Source: an archaeon (GTDB taxonomy: Archaea; Iainarchaeota; Iainarchaeia; Iainarchaeales; 1-14-0-10-31-34). Taken from it: 32,000 bases of DNA. The position numbers were made by a program, and so were the translations under genes. This document shows, one piece after another, positions 1 through 8,619 of this stretch. How positions within the stretch are numbered: the first letter of the stretch is position 1; the number at the start of each line of letters is the position of its first letter. Under the pieces are notes generated by a model that ran no database searches, had not been told where the DNA came from, and was given only the letters and a program-made list of their open reading frames with translations. The stretch covers positions 450,001-482,000 of the forward strand of contig JAJRVL010000004.1 of the NCBI GenBank assembly GCA_024277355.1. The letters are read 5' to 3'.

Positions 1-424
1 TTGAAAGGTTTATATCCAAATAAGAAGAATAATGTTCTTCTTGTTTGATTGGGTTTACTTCAATTATGTCATAAATAGTAAAAACTTCTTCTTTTTTGAT
101 TGTTTCTTTTATTTCTTTTAACTGTTTTTTAAGCAGTGTTTCTTCAATTGCTAATACTTCAATTGTAATTCTTAATCTTAATTTGTTTTTATCTGTTTCT
201 GCAATCATTTTTCTCTTCCTCACAGCGTCATATATTTCTTTTTTTAATGAATATTTTGTAGGAAAACCTTGTTTTGAGATTACTCCTAATTTAAGCATTC
301 CTTTTAGTTCTGTCAGTAATTTGTCATAAGGAATATTTAATTGCTGTCTTAAATCTTCTGTTGTTTTTGGTTCATGAAGAATAAGCACAGAAATTTTTTT
401 CTGGTTTTCAGTAAACCTTGCCAT
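1..424 (-). CDS. Winged-helix-like hypothetical protein, 3' end runs off the window
   Basis: Open minus-strand frame with ATG at 422-424: MARFTENQKKISVLILHEPKTTEDLRQQLNIPYDKLLTELKGMLKLGVISKQGFPTKYSLKKEIYDAV... The N-terminus resembles a winged-helix domain. The frame is not in the supplied ORF track. Confidence 0.6.
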   Translation of the reverse strand, partial: MARFTENQKKISVLILHEPKTTEDLRQQLNIPYDKLLTELKGMLKLGVISKQGFPTKYSLKKEIYDAVRKRKMIAETDKNKLRLRITIEVLAIEETLLKKQLKEIKETIKKEEVFTIYDIIEVNPIKQEEHYSSYLDINLS

Positions 425-508
425 TAGTAATAAAGGCAAAAAATTGTTTAAAAAGCTTTACTAAAGGAAAAGAATTTAAATAGATAAAAAATAAGTGTTA
501 ATGGTATC

Positions 509-796
509 ATGGTTTTTGAGGACTTAACTAATACTGCAGGCGAAACTGCAGGAAATTTTATTGGAGACCCTTCAATTTTAGTTATAGGAATAGTATTAAT
601 TATTGCTGCAATAATTATTTTTACTGTATTAAAAAAAATAATTGTAAACTCTATTTTAGGTTTAATTGTGTTTGGAATAATTCATTTTGTTGTTGGAATT
701 AATTTGCCTTTTATTCCTACTTTAATTGTTACCGCTATTTTTGGTTTAGCAGGAATAGGCGTAATGCTGGTACTGCATTTTTTAGCAATACTATAA
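509..796 (+). CDS. Small membrane protein, pro-sigmaK processing inhibitor BofA-like family
   Basis: 95 aa with hydrophobic helices. The C-terminal pattern IVFGIIHFVVGINLPFIPTLIVTAIFGLAGIGVMLVLHFLAIL resembles BofA-like proteins. Confidence 0.7.
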   Translation: MVFEDLTNTAGETAGNFIGDPSILVIGIVLIIAAIIIFTVLKKIIVNSILGLIVFGIIHFVVGINLPFIPTLIVTAIFGLAGIGVMLVLHFLAIL

Positions 797-1789
797 AACA
801 AAATCAGTTTTTGCATTACAGTTTGAACATTTTTCTTTTTTTATTCCTTTTATTTCAGAATTAAAATAAAATCTTGAAACTAAAAGGTTTTTGCATTCAG
901 GACAAAAAGAATTTTCTTCTTTTTTTAAGTTTCCTGCATAAACATATTTTACTTCTTTTTTTTCAGCTAAATCTTTTGCCTGCATTACAGTAAACGGAGA
1001 AGTTGAAGTAAGATAATCTAATTTATATTGAGGGTAAAAAGCAGTGAAATGCAAAGGAATTTTATTAGATAAAGATAAAACAAAATTTATTGTTTCTTCA
1101 AAAAATTCTTTTTTGTCATTAAAAGACGGAACAATTAAATAAGTTAATTCCAAATGAATTTTATTTTTGTAAATCCATTTAATATTTTCTTTTACTTCAT
1201 TAATGTCAATATTGCCGCAGACTTTTTTATAAAAATTTTCATTGCCTTTTAAATCAACATTAATTGCATCAAGATATTTTTTGCTTTCTTTTAATACTTC
1301 TTTTGTCATATAACCATTTGAAACAAATACATTAAACAAATTATTTTCTTTTGCTAATTTCATTATGTCTAAAGCATATTCAATGAAAATAGTTGGTTCA
1401 GTGTAAGTATAAGCTATTCCCTGAACTTTGTTTTTTAATGCTGATTCAATTACTTTTTCAGGAGAAGTAAACTTAATAGAATTAATCATTGATTCATCAA
1501 ACTCTTTTGAAATACTATAATTTTGACAATGCAGACAAGAAAAATTGCATCCAAAAGTACTTACTCCTAAAACTTTTGATGTTGGATGGAAATGAAATAA
1601 AGGTTTTTTTTCTATTGGATCAATTTCTGAAGTTAAATTTTTTCCGTAAACTAAAGAAATTAATTTTCCATTTAAATTCTTTCTAACTAAACAAAAACCT
1701 GCTTTTCCTTCAGGGATTACGCAGTGTCTTTTGCAGGCATTGCATTTGACTAAATTTTTTTCTTTATTCCAAAATAAAGCTTCTTTCAT
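791..1789 (-). CDS. Radical SAM protein, AmmeMemoRadiSam (AmrS-like) type
   Basis: CNFSCLHC gives a CX3CX2C cluster motif, with N-terminal CNACKRHC...GFC and a C-terminal zinc-ribbon-like CPEC...CSNC. The start is trimmed to MKEALFWNKEKN. Confidence 0.85.
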   Translation of the reverse strand: MKEALFWNKEKNLVKCNACKRHCVIPEGKAGFCLVRKNLNGKLISLVYGKNLTSEIDPIEKKPLFHFHPTSKVLGVSTFGCNFSCLHCQNYSISKEFDESMINSIKFTSPEKVIESALKNKVQGIAYTYTEPTIFIEYALDIMKLAKENNLFNVFVSNGYMTKEVLKESKKYLDAINVDLKGNENFYKKVCGNIDINEVKENIKWIYKNKIHLELTYLIVPSFNDKKEFFEETINFVLSLSNKIPLHFTAFYPQYKLDYLTSTSPFTVMQAKDLAEKKEVKYVYAGNLKKEENSFCPECKNLLVSRFYFNSEIKGIKKEKCSNCNAKTDFVL

Positions 1790-1892
1790 AATAAAATAAT
1801 GAATTAAACAAGTTAAAATTAGTTTGATTGAATAAAAATTAAAAAAAAACAAGTAAATTCAATTAAAAAGTATTTGATTCTTTTTTTCTTTA

Positions 1893-3164
1893 ATGAGAGA
1901 GTTTGATTGCGATTTGCATTACCATAGTCCTTACTCTGTTGGAGTAAGCAAAAACATGTTAATTCCAATTATTGCAGAGCAGGCAGAACTAAAAGGATTA
2001 AATTTGCTTAGTTCAGCTGACTGTTTAAATGGGCATTGGCTGAAACATTTAAAACAAAATTTAATTGAAGAAGAAAATGGAATATTTAAAGCAAAAAATA
2101 ATTCAATTAATTTTGTGTTAGGAACTGAAGTGCAGTGTTCTGACAGACTGCATCATGTTGTTTTCTTACCTGACTTTAATGCAATAGAAGAAGTAAGAAA
2201 AAAATTTTCTAATCATACAAGAGAATTAGATTCAATTATGGGAGGAAGGCCGAGATTAAGATTAAATGCAGAACAAGTTGCAGAAATAATTTTTGATGCA
2301 AAAGGAATACTGGGGCCTGCTCATGCTTTTACTCCTTATTTTGGAGTTTTTGCTTATTTTGATTCAATTAAAACAGCTTATGGAGAACAAGGAAAAAAAA
2401 TTTCATTTATGGAATTAGGTTTAAGTGCAGATACTTTTTTAGCAGATAAAATTCCTGAAAACAGAAATTATGTTTTTTTATCTAATTCTGATTCACATTC
2501 TCCCTGGCCGTTTAGATTAGGAAGAGAATTTAACAGAATTAAATTAAAACAACCTTCATTTAAAGAACTGAAAAAAGCATTAGAAAAAAAAGAAGAAAAA
2601 AGAATTTCATTAAACGTGGGATTAGATCCAAAAGAAGGAAAATACCATAGAACTGCTTGTCAAAGCTGTTACTTGAAATATTCTTTAAATGAAGCTGAAA
2701 GAGTTAAATGGAAATGCATTGAATGTGGAAAAGAAATTAAAAGAGGAGTTAAAGAAAGAATTGAAATGCTTTCAGATGGAAAAAATAAAAGTCCTGACTT
2801 TCGCCCTGAATACTTGCATTCACTTCCATTGCAGGAAATAATTCAGAGTTCAGTTAAAATAAAATTAATTACTTCAAACAAAATTCAGGTTTTATGGAAA
2901 AAGTTTGTTGAAGAATTTAATTCAGAAATTAATATTTTAGTTGACGAGCCGATTGAAAATTTAATTAAAGTTGACAAAGATATCGGCGAAAAAATTGACT
3001 GCTTTAGAAAAGGTTTTGTTTTGTTTGAAGAAGGCGGAGGCGGAAAATACGGCAAACCTATAATCTGCAAAAACAAAAAAGAATTTGAACAAAAAAAATT
3101 TGAATTAGAACAAAAAGAAAAAAAACAGTTTTCTTCGGAACAAAAAAAACTTTTCGACTTTTGA
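1893..3164 (+). CDS. Endonuclease Q (PHP-domain DNA repair endonuclease)
   Basis: 423 aa; PHP motif DLHYHSPYS, SDSHSPWPFRLGREFNRI, Cys cluster CQSCYLKY...CIECGKEIKRGVKERIE, 'HRPEYLHSLPL'-like segment (here FRPEYLHSLPL). Confidence 0.88.
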   Translation: MREFDCDLHYHSPYSVGVSKNMLIPIIAEQAELKGLNLLSSADCLNGHWLKHLKQNLIEEENGIFKAKNNSINFVLGTEVQCSDRLHHVVFLPDFNAIEEVRKKFSNHTRELDSIMGGRPRLRLNAEQVAEIIFDAKGILGPAHAFTPYFGVFAYFDSIKTAYGEQGKKISFMELGLSADTFLADKIPENRNYVFLSNSDSHSPWPFRLGREFNRIKLKQPSFKELKKALEKKEEKRISLNVGLDPKEGKYHRTACQSCYLKYSLNEAERVKWKCIECGKEIKRGVKERIEMLSDGKNKSPDFRPEYLHSLPLQEIIQSSVKIKLITSNKIQVLWKKFVEEFNSEINILVDEPIENLIKVDKDIGEKIDCFRKGFVLFEEGGGGKYGKPIICKNKKEFEQKKFELEQKEKKQFSSEQKKLFDF

Positions 3165-3181
3165 CGAACCAAAACAAATAA

Positions 3182-3203
3182 AAACTATAGTGCATTATAG
3201 TTT
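3182..3203. promoter_or_regulatory. Palindromic candidate operator of the toxin-antitoxin operon
   Basis: AAACTATAgTGCAtTATAGTTT, an inverted repeat with 8-bp arms and a TGCA centre, ending 3 nt before the antitoxin ATG at 3207. Confidence 0.6.
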
Positions 3204-3206
3204 ACT

Positions 3207-3425
3207 ATGGCTACAACAATTCAGATTAGCAAAACTCTTCAGACTGCTTTAAAGAAAAAAAAAATTTATGAAAATGAAAGCTATGAAGAACTCATTTGGG
3301 ATTTATTAGAGGATTCAATGGAATTAAATGAAGAGACAAAAAAGAATATTGAAGAAGGTCGAAGAGACTTTAAGAAAGGCAAATTTTACACTTTAGAGCA
3401 GGTAAAAAAAGAAGCAGGCCTATAA
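3207..3425 (+). CDS. Antitoxin, RelB-like
   Basis: 72 aa, small and charged (MATTIQISKTLQTALKKKKIYENESYEELIWDLLEDS...), directly upstream of a RelE-like ORF. Confidence 0.75.
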   Translation: MATTIQISKTLQTALKKKKIYENESYEELIWDLLEDSMELNEETKKNIEEGRRDFKKGKFYTLEQVKKEAGL

Positions 3426-3680
3426 ATGTATCAAATTCTCTTCACTACAAAAGCAAAAAAACAATTTTCAAAGCTTGAAAAAAATGTTCAAGAAAGAATT
3501 ATTAGTGCTTTGGAAAGACTTAGATTTAATCCAGAAAAACACATTACTAAACTTGTTAGTTCAAGGCTTTATCGTTTTAGGGTTGGGAATTACAGAATAT
3601 TGCTTGATCTTAAAAAAGAAAAAATTATTGTTTTGGTTGTACAAATAGGACCCAGAAAAAACATTTACAAAGAGCTTTGA
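3426..3680 (+). CDS. Type II toxin, RelE/ParE family
   Basis: 84 aa, MYQILFTTKAKKQFSKLEKNVQERIISALERLRFNPEKHITKLVSSRLYRFRVGNYRILLDLKKEKIIVLVVQIGPRKNIYKEL, a classic RelE/ParE pattern. Confidence 0.9.
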   Translation: MYQILFTTKAKKQFSKLEKNVQERIISALERLRFNPEKHITKLVSSRLYRFRVGNYRILLDLKKEKIIVLVVQIGPRKNIYKEL

Positions 3681-3687
3681 GTTTTAA

Positions 3688-4461
3688 TTACCTTACATAA
3701 GATAATCCTTTTTCTGGAATGTCTGACTGCTGTTCGTCTAATTGTTTGCTTAACTGCTGAAATGCTTTTTCTATTTCTTTTGATTCTTTTTCTATTTGAT
3801 TCATTTTAATTTTAAAACCGAATTTAGCTGAAAGTAATTCAATTAATTTTTTTGCTGCACCATGATCGCCGTAAATTAATCTTGCATTGGTTTCTCCCAT
3901 TAAGCAGGCTCCTTTAATTTTATGTTCTAAACCTAAACCAATAATTAATCCTGCAGCCCCTGAAATTAATCCTTCTTCATGACCTTCAATTGCCTTAAGT
4001 TTTTTGAATGAAGCCAGAGTTTTTTTGTCTGTTGCTGCAACAATTACTTTTGGTTCAGAACTCATTCTTTTTTCGCCTACATTTATTCCGGCTAAAGTAT
4101 AAATTTCTGTTACCCCTAAATTTTTTGCAGTTAAAATTATTTCATTTGCAAATTCATAATGTTCTTTTGCAGCAGAAATGCTTGCATCTAATGCAGGCTG
4201 AACAGGACCAGCTAAAAAAACATAATCTTTTCCTTTAAACTTGAAAGAATAAAACGCATCTTTAATTAATTCAATAACAGAATTTTTGGTATGAACACTT
4301 GGAGGAAAAGAATCAGAAGTTATTTCAGCAATCTTTTCTGCTTTAACCTGTTTCAGCATATAATCCACTGCAATTTTTCCAACTAACCCTATTCCAGGAA
4401 GCCCTGAAAACATTACAGCATTCTTGAATTTTTTTTTCTTTAAAAATTTTACATTAGTCAT
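3688..4461 (-). CDS. PAC2-family / proteasome assembly chaperone-like protein
   Basis: GLPGIGLVGKIAVDYML, GPVQPALD, LAGINVG, EGLISGAAGLIIGLG. Start chosen at MTNVKFL. Confidence 0.85.
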   Translation of the reverse strand: MTNVKFLKKKKFKNAVMFSGLPGIGLVGKIAVDYMLKQVKAEKIAEITSDSFPPSVHTKNSVIELIKDAFYSFKFKGKDYVFLAGPVQPALDASISAAKEHYEFANEIILTAKNLGVTEIYTLAGINVGEKRMSSEPKVIVAATDKKTLASFKKLKAIEGHEEGLISGAAGLIIGLGLEHKIKGACLMGETNARLIYGDHGAAKKLIELLSAKFGFKIKMNQIEKESKEIEKAFQQLSKQLDEQQSDIPEKGLSYVR

Positions 4462-4466
4462 AAACA

Positions 4467-5231
4467 TCAATTTTCTATTCTTTTAAATTCAGCTTTACCG
4501 CCTGATTTAGTTATTATTTTTATTGCTTCTTCAGATGACTCTTTTAATTTTTTTTCTGCTGACTTGTAATCAGAAGAAACAACTTCAATTCGGTATTTTC
4601 CTGAACCAAAATAAATTATTGAATCTTTTCCTGAAATTTTTTGTGCTTTTTCTAATGCTTCTTTTATGACTTCAATTCCATTTTCCTTAAAAGAAGTTAA
4701 ATCAAGAATTCCTTTTACTTTTTTTTGAGGAACAACAACATTTTTTTTAATTAAATCCAGTAAATCAGAACTCCAGGGTTCTTTAATTGAAGAAGGAACT
4801 TTTTCTGTTGAAGCAATTTCATTAAAAGCTAAAGGCAGAGATTCAAATTCATTTAATAATTGTTCAGCAGTGTTTTCCCATACTTCATCAAAAGAAACTT
4901 TTTTTGTTTTAGCTAAAACTTCAAGTAATTTTGTTGCTCTGACTAACCTGTTATATTCTTCTATTTTGTTTCTCTGCATTCCTGAAGAAACTTTAGTTAA
5001 ACTTAAATCAATCTGGTTTTTTGTTGGATCAATTGAAAGAACTTGTGCTGCTCGGATTTGATTTTCTTTAACAAAATTTCTTATATTTTTAACCCATCCT
5101 GAAGTAACCTGAGAAATATGCACAAAACCTTTCTGATGATTGTATTCAAGTAATTCAACAAAAACTCCGTAAGGGAGAACTTTGGTTACTCTTACTATTG
5201 CTACTTCATTTATTTCAGGTATTTCTTCCAT
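4467..5231 (-). CDS. Translation initiation factor IF-2 subunit alpha
   Basis: N-terminal S1 domain (VLPYGVFVELLEYNHQKGFVHISQVTSGWVKNIRNFVKENQ), full length 254 aa, adjacent to rps27e as in many archaea. Confidence 0.92.
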   Translation of the reverse strand: MEEIPEINEVAIVRVTKVLPYGVFVELLEYNHQKGFVHISQVTSGWVKNIRNFVKENQIRAAQVLSIDPTKNQIDLSLTKVSSGMQRNKIEEYNRLVRATKLLEVLAKTKKVSFDEVWENTAEQLLNEFESLPLAFNEIASTEKVPSSIKEPWSSDLLDLIKKNVVVPQKKVKGILDLTSFKENGIEVIKEALEKAQKISGKDSIIYFGSGKYRIEVVSSDYKSAEKKLKESSEEAIKIITKSGGKAEFKRIEN

Positions 5232-5240
5232 AAAAATCAG

Positions 5241-5420
5241 TTAAAGTACTTTAATTACTTTTGCTTCAATTACTGCTTTTGAAGCAGAAGGATAAACTAA
5301 AGTTTGTCCGCAATCGCATTTAATTTCTGTTGTTGAAGCAGAAAAAACTTTTCTTTCTTTATTGCATTTAATGCATTTAATCAACAAAAATTTTGTTTTT
5401 GTATTTGGTATGCTTGCCAT
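5241..5420 (-). CDS. rps27e: 30S ribosomal protein S27e (missed by the ORF track, 59 aa)
   Basis: Minus-strand translation MASIPNTKTKFLLIKCIKCNKERKVFSASTTEIKCDCGQTLVYPSASKAVIEAKVIKVL, with a C-X2-C...C-X1-C zinc-binding pattern, adjacent to aIF2-alpha. Confidence 0.9.
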   Translation of the reverse strand: MASIPNTKTKFLLIKCIKCNKERKVFSASTTEIKCDCGQTLVYPSASKAVIEAKVIKVL

Positions 5421-5431
5421 AATAATATCAC

Positions 5432-5980
5432 CTATAATCTTTCGCCTATTTTTCTTGAAACAAATAGTTTTGCTATTTTTGAAGGCAGTTCAACTGTCTG
5501 TTCTTTTTTAAATGGCCCGTATTCTTTCATATCAGTTCCAATAAAAGAAGGCACATCTGAAAGAATTCTAACTGAAACTTTATTTAAATCTTTTTCTTTG
5601 GTTTTTTTCTGTTTTCCTACAAAAACTGATTCAATTAAAGAATTATGTGATTCAAGAATCTTAAGTATTTCCTTAAACATTTTTTTTTCTTCTGTTGCCA
5701 TTAATTCATTGTTTGGTTCTGCCGTTTTAGAAGAAATTAAAGCTTTATTTAAAATTTTTTTTTCTCTTAAACTTAAAATTTCTTCAACCATTTTTTTTAA
5801 GTTAGTAAAAGTCTTTGCTTTAGCAAAATCTAATTTTTCCATTGAAATAAAATAAGTTTGTTTTTCCTCTAAAATAAAGTCAGTTAAAGAATCAAAAAAA
5901 TCTTCCTGTATTTCAACTAACTTAGATGTGTTTTTTTCTAAACGGTAAATTCTTCTTATTTCATCATAATTTAATTCCAT
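5432..5980 (-). CDS. GINS complex subunit (Gins51/Gins15-like)
   Basis: 182 aa; N-terminal helical domain (MELNYDEIRRIYRLEKNTSKLVEIQEDFF) and C-terminal beta domain VSVRILSDVPSFIGTDMKEYGPFKKEQTVELPSKIAKLFVSRKIGERL; next to priS. Confidence 0.85.
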   Translation of the reverse strand: MELNYDEIRRIYRLEKNTSKLVEIQEDFFDSLTDFILEEKQTYFISMEKLDFAKAKTFTNLKKMVEEILSLREKKILNKALISSKTAEPNNELMATEEKKMFKEILKILESHNSLIESVFVGKQKKTKEKDLNKVSVRILSDVPSFIGTDMKEYGPFKKEQTVELPSKIAKLFVSRKIGERL

Positions 5981-5981
5981 T

Positions 5982-7205
5982 TTATCTCAACTCAGCTGAA
6001 TTTCTTGCCATTAAATATATTGCTGCAAATTCAGGGAGAATTACTTCCTCTGAATTAAATGGCCCAAAATTTTCTCCATTTAAATAAAATTTTGGTGTTT
6101 CCTTTACAAATACTTTTAATGAATTACTTGAAAAGATTATGCTTTCGTCTAAAGGCTTAAATTCCTTTAATTTTTCTTTTTCAAATGCTTTTCCTAACAG
6201 TCCTGTTGAACCATGAATTGTTTCAGGGACACGTATTATTTTATATAAATCCATTGAAGTCTGTCTGTCTACAAAAAGTTTTTCTTTTTCCACTAAATTC
6301 AATAAAAGAGTTTCCCAGAATTTTTTTGATTTAGAACCAAAAGGAAACAAAAAACCGTTTTTTATTCCTTTTAAAATTAATTCTTTTTTTTCAAGAAATC
6401 TTTTTACAGTTGAAGTCCTTGCATTGCCTAAAGCAGAAATTTCTTCTGTCTGTTCTTTTTCTATCATTTCTTTTAATACAACAAGAAGTTTTTTGCTCCA
6501 GCCAAAAGCATTTTCTTCTTTCATGCATAACATTTTTTGCTTTGAATAAACAAAACCTAATTCTTCTAACTTCAAATCTTTTGCTGTTAAAAAGTCAAGT
6601 AATTCAATTCTTGCAGGCTGACTCATTCCTTGTATTTTTTCATTTCTTAAATGAATATGATATCCTTTTGAACCGGAAAAATTCAATGAAATTCCTTCTG
6701 TAAAATTAAAGTCTTTTTCAAGGAAATCAATTAATTTAAGTGTTTGTTTTTTTGTTGCATCTAAACATTTATTGCAGATCCATTCTGTTTTTTCAATTGA
6801 ATTAGAACCACATGAAGGACAGTTATCAACTAAACCATTTCCTTGTGTTTTGCATTCAGCACATTTCCATGAATCATGGTTTTGCTTGCAGTCAGTTTTA
6901 ATGTCATCTGCATCAAATTCATAAATTAAATCTGACTTTAAATAATTCTTTTTTTCCATTGGTCTTTTTGCAGGGAATTCATATAATGCAGGCGAATAAG
7001 AAACAAAAAAAGGAGTCTGTTCTCTTAAAAAATAATTAAATTCTTTTGAAGAAGCAAAACTATAATGTCTTGAAATAATTTTTTTTCCAAAAACCCCATA
7101 ACCAAATTCTCTTGCAGCTATTTCAGGAACTGAATCAACAAAATTTTCTCTATAATAAGAAGAAAACTTTTTCTGCAAAAAATCAATTGTTTTTTGTTCT
7201 GCCAT
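5982..7205 (-). CDS. priS: DNA primase small (catalytic) subunit
   Basis: REFGYGVFGKKIISRHYSF, YEFDADD catalytic Asp motif, FSGSKGYHIHL, zinc-knuckle CNKC/CAEC/CPSC motifs. Confidence 0.93.
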   Translation of the reverse strand: MAEQKTIDFLQKKFSSYYRENFVDSVPEIAAREFGYGVFGKKIISRHYSFASSKEFNYFLREQTPFFVSYSPALYEFPAKRPMEKKNYLKSDLIYEFDADDIKTDCKQNHDSWKCAECKTQGNGLVDNCPSCGSNSIEKTEWICNKCLDATKKQTLKLIDFLEKDFNFTEGISLNFSGSKGYHIHLRNEKIQGMSQPARIELLDFLTAKDLKLEELGFVYSKQKMLCMKEENAFGWSKKLLVVLKEMIEKEQTEEISALGNARTSTVKRFLEKKELILKGIKNGFLFPFGSKSKKFWETLLLNLVEKEKLFVDRQTSMDLYKIIRVPETIHGSTGLLGKAFEKEKLKEFKPLDESIIFSSNSLKVFVKETPKFYLNGENFGPFNSEEVILPEFAAIYLMARNSAELR

Positions 7206-7304
7206 GCAAAAAAAATTGAAAAGAAATGATTAAAAGATGAAATTTTAAGACAAGCTTGCTAAAAAAAACTTTAAAAAAAGAAAAAAAAGAAAAATATTGA
7301 AAAA

Positions 7305-7436
7305 TCAGAAACTTTCATCTAATGTTTCTTCTGGTTCTTCAACAGGTTCTTCTGGAGTTTCTTCTGGAATTTCTTCAGGGGTTTCTTCTGGAACTCCTTC
7401 CTCTTCTTCCTGGAATTTAATTAAATCTGATTTCAT
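7305..7436 (-). CDS. Small acidic Glu/Pro-rich protein (43 aa), between priL and priS, unannotated
   Basis: ATG at 7434-7436 gives MKSDLIKFQEEEEGVPEETPEEIPEETPEEPVEEPEETLDESF. The upstream sequence AAGGAGG AAATTAA ATG is a strong Shine-Dalgarno. Confidence 0.6.
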   Translation of the reverse strand: MKSDLIKFQEEEEGVPEETPEEIPEETPEEPVEEPEETLDESF

Positions 7437-7483
7437 TTAATTTCCTCCTTAAAGTATTAAATTAAAAGTTAAACATACTGTAT

Positions 7484-8524
7484 TTATTTCTTTTCGGTTT
7501 GTTTTGGTTTATCTTTTTTCAGTTTTTTCAGATTTCTTATATAATAACCTAAAGGGCTTCTAATGCCTTCACAAGAAGAATTCCTTAAACATAATGAATG
7601 GTCAGCTACTTTAGAACAGGAAGGAGAAGAATATCTTGGCTTTGCTTCTTTTCCTTTAATGTTATTGAAATGATATGAAACAGTTTTTTCTTTGAAATTT
7701 GATGCCCTTGAATATAATTTCAGAAAATCCTGTTCTGAAATTCTGGTATTAATTAAAAAGCAAGCTAAATCAAAGTTTCCTATATGTGTTAATTTTGAAC
7801 CTGAAGAAAGTTTTTCATATAAAGAACTCATACACGGAGGAAATAAATCTGGTTTAAGCAAAGCAGAAAACTTGAATTCAGGCAAAGTTTTTCTTAAAGA
7901 AAATAATTCTGCTTTAATTGTTTTTGCATTTTCTGTGAATTGTTTGGGAATGTTTTTTATTTCTAAAGGCAAAGAAAAAAAGATTTTATTGTAAACTAAA
8001 GAAGAAATAAAACGGATCGCATCATTTCTTGTCAAAAAAACTTTTCCTTCTGAAACCTGCTGATTAACTAATTTTAAATTATTAAAAAAAGGCATTGAAA
8101 GGAAATCAGTTAAATTAATGTAAATCAAAAAAGACTTTTTTTCTGGGAAAAAAAACTTTATGTTAAAATCATAAAACAACTGAAATAAAAGTTCGTTTTC
8201 TTCTTCTTTTTCAAGAAATTTAAATGTAGAAGAAGAAAGCATTAAAGAAAATTTTTTATTTAATTCAGGAGAATTAATTAAACTCAATAAAATTTTTGAC
8301 ACTGGAAAAGCATTGATTTCATTTAACATTAATTCAGTTGAAGACGATAATTCATCCATAAAATATTCTTTTTTTCTGAAAGAATTCAGAATCATTATTC
8401 TTGCCCTGTAGTTAATTTCTTCTGAAACATCATCTAAAGTGAATTTTTCTGTTTTAATTAAATTTCTTGCTTTCTCTGAAAAAGGAAATCTTTGAGCAAA
8501 AATTAAATCTTCTTTTGCAGGCAT
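7484..8524 (-). CDS. priL: DNA primase large subunit (Fe-S)
   Basis: C-terminal FPPCMSSLYEKLSSGSKLTHIGNFDLACFLINT...SPSCSKVADHSLCLRNSSC supplies the expected four-cysteine pattern. Confidence 0.87.
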   Translation of the reverse strand: MPAKEDLIFAQRFPFSEKARNLIKTEKFTLDDVSEEINYRARIMILNSFRKKEYFMDELSSSTELMLNEINAFPVSKILLSLINSPELNKKFSLMLSSSTFKFLEKEEENELLFQLFYDFNIKFFFPEKKSFLIYINLTDFLSMPFFNNLKLVNQQVSEGKVFLTRNDAIRFISSLVYNKIFFSLPLEIKNIPKQFTENAKTIKAELFSLRKTLPEFKFSALLKPDLFPPCMSSLYEKLSSGSKLTHIGNFDLACFLINTRISEQDFLKLYSRASNFKEKTVSYHFNNIKGKEAKPRYSSPSCSKVADHSLCLRNSSCEGIRSPLGYYIRNLKKLKKDKPKQTEKK

Positions 8525-8619
8525 AACAAAATATTAGTTAAAAAGAATAAAAAAAGGGTCAGAGTAGACTGCCTGTAAAAAAAAGCAAGATTTAAAGACT
8601 TTAAAACAATAAACTTATT

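Noticed and set aside
96-329. 77-aa plus-strand ORF from the track
   Set aside because: Antisense to the open minus-strand winged-helix frame that ends at ATG 424; low-complexity composition.
2885-3172. Minus-strand ORF antisense to EndoQ (95 aa)
   Set aside because: Mirror of the Lys/Glu-rich EndoQ C-terminus; the Phe/Ser-rich product looks like antisense noise.
5982-8524. Fused or minimised DPANN primase
   Set aside because: priS and priL are separate genes with both characteristic domains, so the fused form is not present.
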